Part shown: in pieces, positions 39,661 to 50,184 of the stretch
Layout: each line of letters starts with the position of its first letter
How positions within the stretch are numbered: position 1 is the first letter of the stretch
Source of the DNA: Octopus sinensis
Taxonomy: Eukaryota
Direction: 5' to 3'
Length of the DNA stretch: 64,000 bases
Assembly: GCF_006345805.1 (NCBI RefSeq)
Contig: NW_021831992.1
Span: 19,468 to 83,467 of the forward strand
The notes under the pieces: model-generated
Seen by the model: only the letters and a program-made list of their open reading frames with translations
What the model was told of the DNA's origin: nothing
Database searches by the model: none
Translations under genes and position numbers: made by a program

Positions 39661-40184
39661 CTTTATTTGCTTCTTTCAGTCATTAAACTATGGCCCATGG
39701 TGGAGCACTGCATTAGTGGAACATATAGACCAGAGTGTGTATTTTATTAAACACTGGTACCTTTTCTATTGGTCAGTCTCGCCAAAGAGCAAAGTTACAG
39801 GGACATGAACAAGGAGGGAGACAAATACAAATTGTGACACACACACGAGTCTGTGTGTGTGTGTGTGTGGTGTGTGTGTGTGTGTGCATGTGTAGGATGG
39901 GCTTCTGCACAGTTTCTGTCTACCAATTCACTCAGAAGGCATAGGATCTATGCGGAAGATACTTACCCATTGTGCACTGGGATTGAACCCGAAACTACAC
40001 GGTTGCAAATGGAGATTCTTAACCACAGAGCTATAACCGCGACCAGAATACAGACATGCCTTGCCTTCGCCTGTTTAGTTAGACTTCAAGTCTAAAATAT
40101 AGAACAATTTCTTAGAGCCCTACAGCCCTTTTCCTTGATTCTGACAACCTCATTTGATTAAATTTATCCTTAATTTACGTAAAG

Positions 40185-40500
40185 GTGTGTGGTTTAGCGT
40201 TTAGGGTATATGAATCAGGAACGCAAGATCGCCAGTTCGATACCCGGCGGCGCTTTGTGCTCGTCTTCAGCATGACGCTTTATTTCACATTGCTCCAGTT
40301 CACTCAGCTGGTAAAAATGAGTTGTACCTGTATTGCAAAGGGCCAACCTTATCACATTTTCTATCACGGTGAATCTCCCTGAGAACTTCGTTAAGTTTAC
40401 GCGTGGCTGTGGAGAGATCAGTCAATCGTACGTTAATTTCAAATGGTATCAACTGGAATCCTTCTCGTTGTAACCGACGGAGTCCCACTCAGGTATTCCT
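40185..40500 (+). mobile_element. SINE group C variant; inverted group C fragment at ~40660-40825
   Basis: tRNA-like head plus TTATTTCACATTGCTCCAGTTCACTCAGCTG body. Confidence 0.7.
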
Positions 40501-41521
40501 TAATTAAAATTTCTTTCTTGAAACACAACTTCTTCGTGAAATCGAACTTACTATGTGTAACGTGGTTGATCAATCCACAGACACCTGTACCCTCAACGTA
40601 GCTGCCAAGGAGACTATTAAGGCCGGTTACACGATTTCTATGATATGTATACGTGATCGAGATTACAACGTTCCCCCTTGATAGGACGCTAGTTCATCGC
40701 ATGGTTACTCATTTACAGCTGACTGGAGTGGAGCAAACTGGAATGAAATGTTTTGTTCAGGACCACATCGAACCGACCCGTCCAGGAATTGAAACCAAGA
40801 TCTTACGATCGTGAGAGCGACACACATTTATGGCCGTTTGATGAACCATTCTTTTATTTTCAGCACCATTGTACAATTATGTTAAGCTTTAACTCCGGGC
40901 GTGATTACTTTCTCATGTCTTAGACAGCAGAAGATCTCAACAATAAAGATATAAGAAGCTTGTGAATTTGTCGGTGGTGGTGCTGGTGGTGGTGGTAGGG
41001 TTGGTGGCAGTGATTGTGGCCGTCGTCGTCGTCGTCGTGGTAGTGGTCGTTGTTGTTGTTGTTGTTGTTGATGGTGGTGGTGGTGGTGGTGATTAATCTG
41101 GCAAGTTCTTGATCACAAGTAGCTTTATGATGACCACCGCAACTTCTTGCTGGGTCGAATCTTCTGACCCCTATCGTATACTGAACCGGACAAAACAACT
41201 GATACCCTTTTAAGTTATAGCAGGGAGATAACTCTTTAAAGTTGATCAAAGGGAAATAATTAGAAAAATGTGTAAGGGGAGAGAACTCTCATTTCGGAAC
41301 CCATATTTTCCGTAAAATTAGATTTCATCGATGTAATGTCGTAATATATATCAAAACTGGTATATTAATGGTATATGTTGTACTACAAGATCTTGTTATT
41401 TTGTTTAAGTTTCACAAAGCATTTTTGTCTTTTGTTTTCGACATATTACATCTTAATGTTGTTTACGTAGCCACTGACAACTGTGAGTGTTTAACAAAAT
41501 CACTTTCAGCCGACGAAATCA

Positions 41522-41558
<37 letters not shown>

Positions 41559-41716
41559 GATAAATTGATAGATACAACTGAGTGGGCAAACAAAAATATG
41601 AGACACTGCCCGCTGCTTTTTTATTTTGATAAGCCTGGTACTTATTCTATCAGTTTTTTGTGGTGATACCAGTACGCTATATACATCTATATATATATAT
41701 ATATCTATATGTATAC

Positions 41717-41808
<92 letters not shown>

Positions 41809-41834
41809 GATGTATATATATAGATGTATATAGC

Positions 41835-41871
<37 letters not shown>

Positions 41872-42628
41872 CAATGAAAAATTGTAAAAATGCAGAATGT
41901 TCGATTGAAAGAAAATTTTAATGAAATGAGAAAATGAAAAAATATATAAATATATATTTATTCAAACCGGCTTTCGCCACAGCTCGACCCACCAAGAATA
42001 GTTAGGTGAAAAGGTTTTCCAAAAATGAGAAAGGGGGAAAAAAGCTGCATTGCTCCCCGCAAAAGAACAACAATAAATATGTATAAAAATCAAAGAATAA
42101 GCACTCCGACACATTGTGAGTTCGCCGTGCATCCTGAGTCCAATGACTGTTCACGAAAAAACCACCCTGAGGCACTAGGATCCAATGGGATCAAGGCCAT
42201 GTGCTGCCTGGCCCAATCCAGGATGCCGGCAAAACAGGAAGCAGCAGTAATTGTGGCCCCTCAGTTCCTGTGTTGTGAACAAGGGGAGACAACTCTTTTG
42301 AGTTCCCCAACAAAGGCTGCCGATAAATCCCAAACCATAAAATTGTCATTCCAGCCCCACTCGCACCATCTTTTTTATACAATTGTTTGTCAATTCAACT
42401 TTCAGATTTTAGCAGTTTATTTATATTATTTTCTAATTATATAGATTTGCACAGACAACCGCATCCCAGATTGCTATATCATAAATAATAAAGATGATGG
42501 TAATAACCACAATAGTAAAAATGATATTTAAAGAATATAAGTTTTTGCTTGAAGTGATGAATCTATGGTATCCTTATATATTTGCGTGAGTCCATCCATG
42601 AAGAATGAGGTAGAAAAGGGAAGTTTGA

Positions 42629-42917
42629 TCAACGAGGAGTTTGTATATTAAGTTGTGTTTGGAATTTTTCAATAAAGAGATTCTCCTTGTTAATTCTCTC
42701 CTGTGTGGTGATGCCGTCTTTACATTGGTAGAAGGGCAATATATAGAATTTGGGGTTTAAGTCTTTAGCGCACTAAGTCTATGTGGTCACTCAGTGGAAT
42801 TTGTCGGTATTCCGGGAGATTTATTTGTTCTTTATGCACCGCTACTCGTTTACGTAACGGGAGACTCGTTTGTCCAACATAATTATGTTGGCAACCAGCG
42901 CATGTGAGAACGTAGAT
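42629..42917 (-). pseudogene. Penelope-like element GIY-YIG endonuclease C-terminal fragment (one frameshift)
   Basis: IYVLTCAGCQHNYVGQTSLPLRKRVAVHKEQINLPEYRQIPLSDHIDL/CAKDLNPKFYILPFYQCKDGITTQERINKENLFIEKFQTQLNIQTPR*: IY..C..C...YVGQT...R..H is the Penelope GIY-YIG signature. Confidence 0.85.
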
Positions 42918-42935
42918 AAAATATATATATATTTT

Positions 42936-43067
42936 ATTTATTTTATAGAAGGAGCTTCTACAGGACTAGAACTGTTTCATTCAAAAGAAATCATCAGGAA
43001 GCTTCCTGATGATTTCTTTTGAATGAAACAGTTCTAGTCCTGTAGAAGCTCCTTCTATAAAATAAAT
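42936..43067. repeat. 132-bp perfect zero-spacer palindrome carrying a hammerhead motif on each strand
   Basis: 66-bp arms with the axis in AAG|CTT (43001/43002); checked base by base. Confidence 0.95.
43000..43050 (+). ncRNA. Type-I hammerhead ribozyme motif (mirror copy 42953-43003 on minus strand)
   Basis: AGCTTC-CTGATGA-T TTC tttt GAA T-GAAA-CAG ttctagtc CTG-TA-GAAGCT: stem I 6 bp, intact core, GUA triplet; stem II weak (3 bp, U.U closing). Confidence 0.75.
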
Positions 43068-43131
43068 TAATTTACTCTGCTATGTATTGAGTACCTTATT
43101 TACTGTGGTTAACCCCGACTCAACCGGGACC

Positions 43132-43202
<71 letters not shown>

Positions 43203-43352
43203 TGTACATAGCGTACTGGTTTCACCAGGAAAAAAAATGATAGAATAAGTATCAGGCTTATCAAAATAAAAAAGCACTAGGTTGTGTCTCATATTCTTGT
43301 TTGCCCACTTAGTTGTATCTATCAATTTATCTTTGTATGTGAGTGTATATAT

Positions 43353-43385
<33 letters not shown>

Positions 43386-43605
43386 TATATTATAGGAGAT
43401 AATGGTGTCATTGAAACCGAAAGGTGTCAGGTAATGCTGAATAAGTGCTATAGACAGACCATAGTTAAGTTCCAGACTCGGTAATATTGCGAATAAAGGG
43501 TTCAACGTTGGTACTATGTCAGCGTGTGTATATATGAATTGTTTGCGTAATGAGATAAAAAAAAAACCAAGGCTGTATAGTTATTAGAGCATTTACAGAT
43601 AGAAT

Positions 43606-43657
43606 GTCTTACAGCTGTTTCTAGGATATTAATTAACAATATCCCTTCATCGGAGAC
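43606..43657 (-). ncRNA. Type-I hammerhead motif inside a 183-bp element with 24-bp terminal inverted repeats (43532-43714)
   Basis: Minus strand GTCT-CCGATGA-A GGGATATT gttaatt AATATCCT A-GAAA-CA gc TG-TA-AGAC: 8-bp stem II, palindromic stem III, GUA triplet; U4 changed to C. Confidence 0.7.
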
Positions 43658-44488
43658 GGTGTGAGAGGAAAAATTAAGTCATAGTTAGTTTCTCATTACG
43701 CAAAATATTCATATGTTGTATGAGATTACCTTAGGTTTCGCGTCCATAAAGGTCCTGGCTTTATGGCGTATCGTCATATCCCCAAACCTGCTGGCGAAAG
43801 GCCTCTCTAGTGAGGGACTTTCTAGATTATGGAGGATGAAATGAGCTCGTTACTCAATGTCAACAAAGGGGATTGTCGCCCCTTCGCTATCAATTGCCGA
43901 TGTCAAGAAGTATCGTCGCCAAAACAGGCTGAGTGTCCATTTAGCCGCGCCAAATCATCAGCAGTCACACAGCAACGCCTTATCGTTTCATTCTGAGGTG
44001 CAATGTGTCTCGAAAATAGACGGGATGGTTACGCTTGGAGTGATTCTGATCTTAGGTCTTCCTGATCTGAGTTATCTTGCGACTAAACAACAACAGCAAC
44101 AACAACTACAATACCGTGTTTTAACTCAAAAACACCAACAATGGCCACCACCACTAGACAACAGCAAGAATATTAATCAAAAGCCAACCATTGAACCATC
44201 ACCAAACCTTCAACACCGTCTTCGTCACCAACACAAACTGTAAATTCAATGAACCCACCACCAACACCAGCAGCCGTTCAAGAATTTGGACCTGGATATC
44301 TCCATTTCCAGCGACTTCGAGGGCCACCTTCCAGCGGTGTCGGGCGTCAACGAAGAGCCCTCGACTACAAGACGACCAAAGTTTTTTTTTTCCAAAATCT
44401 GGGGTCTCTCGCCCCTAAGCCCTAGACCATCACCTAATCACCCTTACTCGTCTTGTTGCTAAACAACAACAACCAACACCAGCAACAA

Positions 44489-45040
44489 GTGGGGGCGCAA
44501 TGGCCCAGTGGTTAGGGCAGCGGACTCGCAGTCGTAAGAACGCGGTTTCGATTCCCAGACCGGGCATTGTGAGTGTTTATTGAGCAAAAACACCTAAGCC
44601 CCACGAGGCTCCGACGGGGGTAGTGGTGAACCCCTGTATTCTTTCACTACAACTTTCTCTCACTCTTTCTTCCTACTTCTGCCACAAAGCAGAGGAACCA
44701 TGGTGTAACCCACTATGGTGTGATAAACTTTCAGATCCTAGTCTAGATTGCGAATCCTCTGTACCCCAGGATGGTTCAGCTCTCCACCCATTAAAAGCCA
44801 CCGTTTACGGAATGAGGATAACAACGTAGCTTTCGCGCCCATGCAACCGCCAGTCTATCGCGTGTGGTGGGTGGATCTTCAAGTTGCCACACGCATTCTT
44901 AGTAGCTTAGGGTAGGCTCGAATTAGAGATTGTTCTTTGTGGCTAATGGCGTGAGTCCTGATTGGAAGAAGAAGAAGAAGAAGAAGAAGAAGAGAAGAAG
45001 AAGAAGAAGAAGAAGAAGAAGAAGAAGAAGAAGAAGAAGA
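44489..45040 (+). mobile_element. Long composite SINE (tRNA-like head, ~400-bp body, (GAA)n tail); second copy at 57658-58165
   Basis: Two collinear copies with unrelated flanks; A box TGGCCCAGTGG and B box GGTTTCGATTCC. Confidence 0.85.
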
Positions 45041-45635
45041 CACTATCAATACCACCACTATCACCACTACTACTATCACCATCACCACTTTCACCGCCAC
45101 CATTACCATTATCTCTACAACTAGAACCGCCGTCGCCGCCGCTGCCGCCACCACCATTGTCAACAAAATTTGAGGCTTCACCCTTTATTACATCAGAAAT
45201 ATTCTGATCTCGAACGCTTATTGCTGCTGCTGCTGCTGTTATTGTTGTTGCTGCTGTTGTTGTATTGTTGTTGACGACGCTGATGATGATGAGAGTTGAT
45301 AGTTGTGATGGCGGTATTGGTGGTGGTGGTGGTGGTGGTGCTAGCGACGGTTGTGGAGTGTACTTTAGCGCTGTTTTTACTTATATCGTTGTTATTACTG
45401 CTGCTGCTGCTATTGCTGCAGTTGCTGCCATTGGTAGTGGTGGGTAACGTAGGTAATGGTGGTGGTGATGGTAGTAGTGTCGTTATCGTTTATGGTAGTG
45501 CTTGTGGTGGTGGCGGCGGCGGCGGTGAAATAGTCCTGTTGCTGTTGTTGTTGTTGTCCTTGTCACAATATGGTAGTGTAACGGCGTTGTTATTATTTTA
45601 CTTATTGGTGATAACGTTATTGTTCTTGCTGTAAG

Positions 45636-45816
45636 AGGCGCAGGAGTGGCTGTGTGGTAAGTAGCTTGGTTACCAACCACATGGTTTCGGGTTCAATCCC
45701 ACTGCGTGGCACCTTGAGCAAGTGTCTTCTACTATAGCCTCAGGCCAACCAAAGTCTTGAGAGTGGATTTGATAGACGGAAACTGAAAGAAGGTCGTCGT
45801 ATATATGTATATATAT

Positions 45817-45869
<53 letters not shown>

Positions 45870-46056
45870 GTATGCGTATATGTTGTGTATCTGTGTTTGT
45901 CCCCCCCCAACATCGCTTGACAACCGATGTTGGTGTGTTTAGGTCCCCGTAACTTAGCGGTTCGGCTGAAGAGACCGATAGAATAAGTACTAAGCTTACA
46001 AAGAATAAGTTCTGGGGTCGATTTGATTCGACTAAAGTAAAAGAGAGTAAAGAGTA
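45636..46056 (+). mobile_element. SINE group A
   Basis: Consensus match; deletion in the tail. Confidence 0.9.
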
Positions 46057-46339
46057 ATATAAACTTAATTTTCTAGGTAAATCGATCAATCATTTATTTT
46101 TTTAGTCTTTTATCATTTCCTTTCTTCAATCATTGAACTACGGCCATTTCTGGGCCCTACCCTAACGGGTTTCCTCGATCACATCTCCCTCAGTACTCAT
46201 CTTATTTCAGTTTTGTTTTGAAATCTCGTATTTATTCTAAAGGTTTCTTTACAGCAAATGATTTTTTCCATCACTCAAATAATTTTGCTAATCCCCTCAA
46301 TAAATGGTTTCAGTTTTTGGCACAAATGAAGCAATTTTC

Positions 46340-47200
46340 AAAGGATGAGATAGACGATAACATCGAATCCAGTGCTCAAATCGTACCTCATTTTACCAAC
46401 CCCGAAAGTTTGAACGGCAAAGTTGACCTCGGTGGAATTTGAACGCAGGACGTAATGAGTCAGAAGAAATACTGCAGTAGATTTTGTTCGACAGTCTAAC
46501 GATTAATCCAGATCGCCGTCTTCATCACTCATCACTCTTTCAATAATTATTTCTCTTAAGGCTGCGAGCTGGCAAAAACGTCAGCACGCCTGGCGAAATT
46601 TTGTCTGTCTTTACGTCCTGAGTTCAAATTCCGTCGAAGTCGACTTTGCCTTTCGAAGTCGATAAATTAAGTACCAGTTGCGTACTTGGGTTGAACTAAT
46701 CAACTCGCCCCCTCCCCCTAAATTTCGGGCCTTGTGCCTAGAGTAGAAAAGAACAATTATTTCTATTATAAGCAGAACGCCTGAAGGAGGAGACTAAACG
46801 ATTACATTACTCAACTCGTATTTATTTTATTGACCTCGAAAGGAAGAATAGCAAAGTCTACCTCGATGGAACTTGAACTCAAAATGTACTGATAATGAAT
46901 CAGAAGAAATAGGGCAATAAATTTTGTTCAACACTTTCACAATTCAGCCTGTTCGCCGGCTTCATCACTCTTTTAATAATCTTTTCTGCTATAGGCACAA
47001 GGCCTGAAATTTTGCTGGAGGGGACAAGAGGATAACACCCACTCCAGTGCTCAATTGGTACTTATTTTATCGACCCAGAAAGGATGAATGGCAAAGTCAA
47101 CCTCGGAGGAATTTGAACTCAGAATGCAAAAACGGAAGAAGTGCCGCAAAGCATTTTTGTCCGGCGCTGTAACGAATCTAACAGCTCACCGCTTTTATCA
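46340..47200. mobile_element. Cluster of SINE group B copies in alternating orientation
   Basis: Minus 46340-46520, plus 46555-46760, minus 46760-47200 (two units). Confidence 0.75.
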
Positions 47201-48659
47201 CTGCTTTAATAAAAGTTTGTAATTAATAAGCAAGTTCATTAATTTTCATAGGAGTGGTTGCTCGATTGAAACGACCTTACTAAATGACTATTACTTATTT
47301 TATCGATCACATCTGTAAGATAAAAGGCAAATTTATTTTCAACGAACACATCAGGGTCACTAAGATATTTAACAGTAATGTACTGGGGTCTATCTATTCA
47401 TATGTACTGTTCCTGTTTATGATTAACCTTCTGTGAGAAATCAATATTGCAAGATATGTCCACAGCACACTGGACAAGTGTCTTCTGTGAAGGATCAGGG
47501 TTGACAAATGCTATGCGAGTAGATTTGCTAGACAGAAATTTTGTAGAAGCCTGTCCACCAAATAAACCTTGTGACACATCGTCAGACCAACAAATACTTC
47601 TATGTACCAATATGTTTTTGTGAGCCTCTATAAATAACCCCATGACCTGAAGCTGACACATATAAATAGACACAGTTGGTTACAATAAATTCTGAACAAT
47701 AACACAACTCTATATTTAATCAAAAATGTTCTATAAAACTTCTCCATTTCAGTATGCTCCACAACCTTATTCCTGCCATCTCGTGACAACTGGTGTTGAA
47801 TTTTTTAGATTCCTATGACTTAATGGTTTGGCATAAGAGACAGATAGCGGATCAGACTTTTAAAAAAAGGAATAGTGATCGATTGCTCCGACTAAAATCT
47901 TCAAAGCGTTGCCCCAGCATGGCCCTGCTCTCGAAGGATTGAAACAAGTAATAATAAAACATAAGGAAAAAATTGATAAAAGATACATCTCCCCTCCTTT
48001 TAAAGAAGGTAATGGTGTTATGATTTGAGGGACATATGTTTGTTATTTCTAGCAGGTCGATTTGCCACGTACTGACACCGGTGTTGCTGCTGCTGCTATT
48101 GTTTGTACGTTATTTATTATTCCGAGAACAAACTATATATCATTCCGTGGTGTTCTTATCAGTAACTTTCCAACAGTGATGAATTAGCTAACAATGCAAA
48201 TATATATCTGGATTATCTCAGGACATCGTTAGTGTTGTTGTAGACGGTATTGTAGTTCAGAGCACTTTGATGTTGTTGTTGTAATTGATTGAACTTCGAT
48301 GACAAAAAGTAGGGATTAGAAAGTATTCGGAAGTGCACTTGCCTTTCCTGTCTTCTTTTCCTTTTAGAAATCATCGGGATGTGAGTTGAGCGGAGGATTT
48401 GTCTGCCAATGTTTGCTTAAGATAAATAAGTAAACGTATCAGAACAGCCACATAAACACACATACAGAAAGAGGGAGAGAGTAAGCGTACCCAATATACC
48501 TCGCTTCAGATAGAAATAAATGTAAGGAATACCTCTAATATAGGTGGGGCTAGTATATACATCTTAGAGTGTATGATAATAATACTTCCCAGAAATGTTT
48601 ACCCATGTTTAAATGTCTTCCTGAAGTATATCGGTCCAGCTAACATTATCTACATATTT

Positions 48660-48955
48660 CTTTATTACCCACAAGGGGCTAAACATAGAGGGGACAAACA
48701 AGCACAGACATAGGTATTAAGTCGATTACATCGATTCCAGTGCGTAACTTATCGACCGCGAAAGGATAAAATGCAAGTCGACCTCGGCGGAATTTGAACT
48801 CAAAACGTAACGGCAGGCGAAATACCTATTTCTTTACCCACAAGGGGCTAAACACAGAGGGGACAAACAAGGACAGACAAACGGATTAAGTCGATTACAT
48901 CGATCCCAGTGCATAACTGGTACTTAATTTATCGTTTCTGCCAGCTCGACGCCTT
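48660..48955 (-). mobile_element. Dimeric SINE group B
   Basis: CCCACAAGGGGCTAAACA at 48668 and ~48838. Confidence 0.85.
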
Positions 48956-49144
48956 ATCTACATTATCTACATTTTACATAAAGATTTGCATCTAAGTCTT
49001 AGAGAGTAATGTTTCAGCTCGCTTCTAGTCAAATGTGTCAGATCTGAAGAAAGCTCTTCTGTTCTCATGGGTCAAATTGTATGAAGAGATGCTACATATG
49101 TATATGTATATATAGGGGCACTCAGTCAATTTATTCGGTGTTAC

Positions 49145-49315
49145 ATATATGGATCAAATCAGTTTAATTCAAATTCGTTTGTACTCTTGAGTTTCAAGTG
49201 TGATACTAGTCATCAGCCATATTTAATTTGAATTTAAAATGGCTGACGACTAGCATCGCGCTTGAAATTAAAGAGTACCAACGAATTTGAATCAAACTGA
49301 TTTGATCCATATATA
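49145..49315. repeat. ~170-bp imperfect palindrome in (TA)n carrying a hammerhead motif in each arm
   Basis: Arms ATATATGGATCAAATCAGTTT...CATCAGCCAT / ATGGCTGACG...AAACTGATTTGATCCATATAT; HHR motifs at 49179-49219 (minus) and 49240-49281 (plus). Confidence 0.9.
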
Positions 49316-49677
49316 TATATATATATATATAAATATATATATCCAGCGGTGGTGCCCCAGCATGGCCGCAGCCTTCGGGCTGAAACATTTTTAAGGATTT
49401 AAGGATTTATATATATATATATATATATATATGTATACGGTGGGCGTCTCTCAGTTTCCGTCAACCAAATGCTTTGTTCGGCCCGCAGCTATAGTTGAAG
49501 ACACTTGCCCAAACTGCCAGGCAGTGGGACTGAACCCATGCATTTCATATTGTTGGGAAGCAAACTTATTACCACAGACCCGTGCCAGTACCTGCATATA
49601 TATATATGACCGCGTGTGTACCGTTGGCGATTTTTTTTGCCTCCGTCTTCCCTTCTTCGGATCTTTCCTTTTCCTAT

Positions 49678-49712
49678 GTTTCTGACGAAGAGCTCCGCTC
49701 GAAACGTTTAAC
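49678..49712 (+). ncRNA. Type-I minimal hammerhead motif in a Penelope-type repeat (49610-49815)
   Basis: GTTT-CTGACGA-A-GAGC tcc GCTC-GAAA-C-GTT-TAAC: intact core, perfect 4-bp stem II, loopless ACGT stem III; first stem I pair mismatched. Confidence 0.72.
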
Positions 49713-50184
49713 CCTCCTTCTTTCCTTTTTCCCTGAGCCTCCAATAATACTATACTTGTTCCACGTCTTCGCATTGTTGTGTTTTCTCTTTGTGTTTTCA
49801 TGTTTGGATTAACTTTATATATATACATACATATATAGAAAGACGTATAGATGTATGCTGGCAGATATATAGAAAGACATAGAAAGATGGAGATAGAGTG
49901 AAAAACTAAGAAGTAGTAGTTCAGATGGAATATGTGTCAGGTAATGTGGGTGAAAGGCCGGAAGAAGAAAAGGAACAATCAATTCCTCTTAATTAGCAGC
50001 TATAAAGATGTAAGGAATACACTCTGGTTTGGCAAATGAAAGAATACATATCTAAGAACAAAGGAATTGCGCCAGGCTAGTCTGGTACCAACGCTTCTGT
50101 GTAAACTGGATTTTGGTTTGCTTTAGGCAACGGACATACTAACATACGCACATGCAAATGTATATACAGATGCAGACAAACACA

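Noticed and set aside
44300-44375. RQRRALDY peptide resembling a TGF-beta furin site
   Set aside because: No cysteine-knot domain follows and the frame closes soon after; likely chance
44489-44560. tRNA gene-like sequence (also other SINE heads)
   Set aside because: A and B boxes are present but I could not form a full cloverleaf or acceptor stem, and the sequence continues into a repeat body
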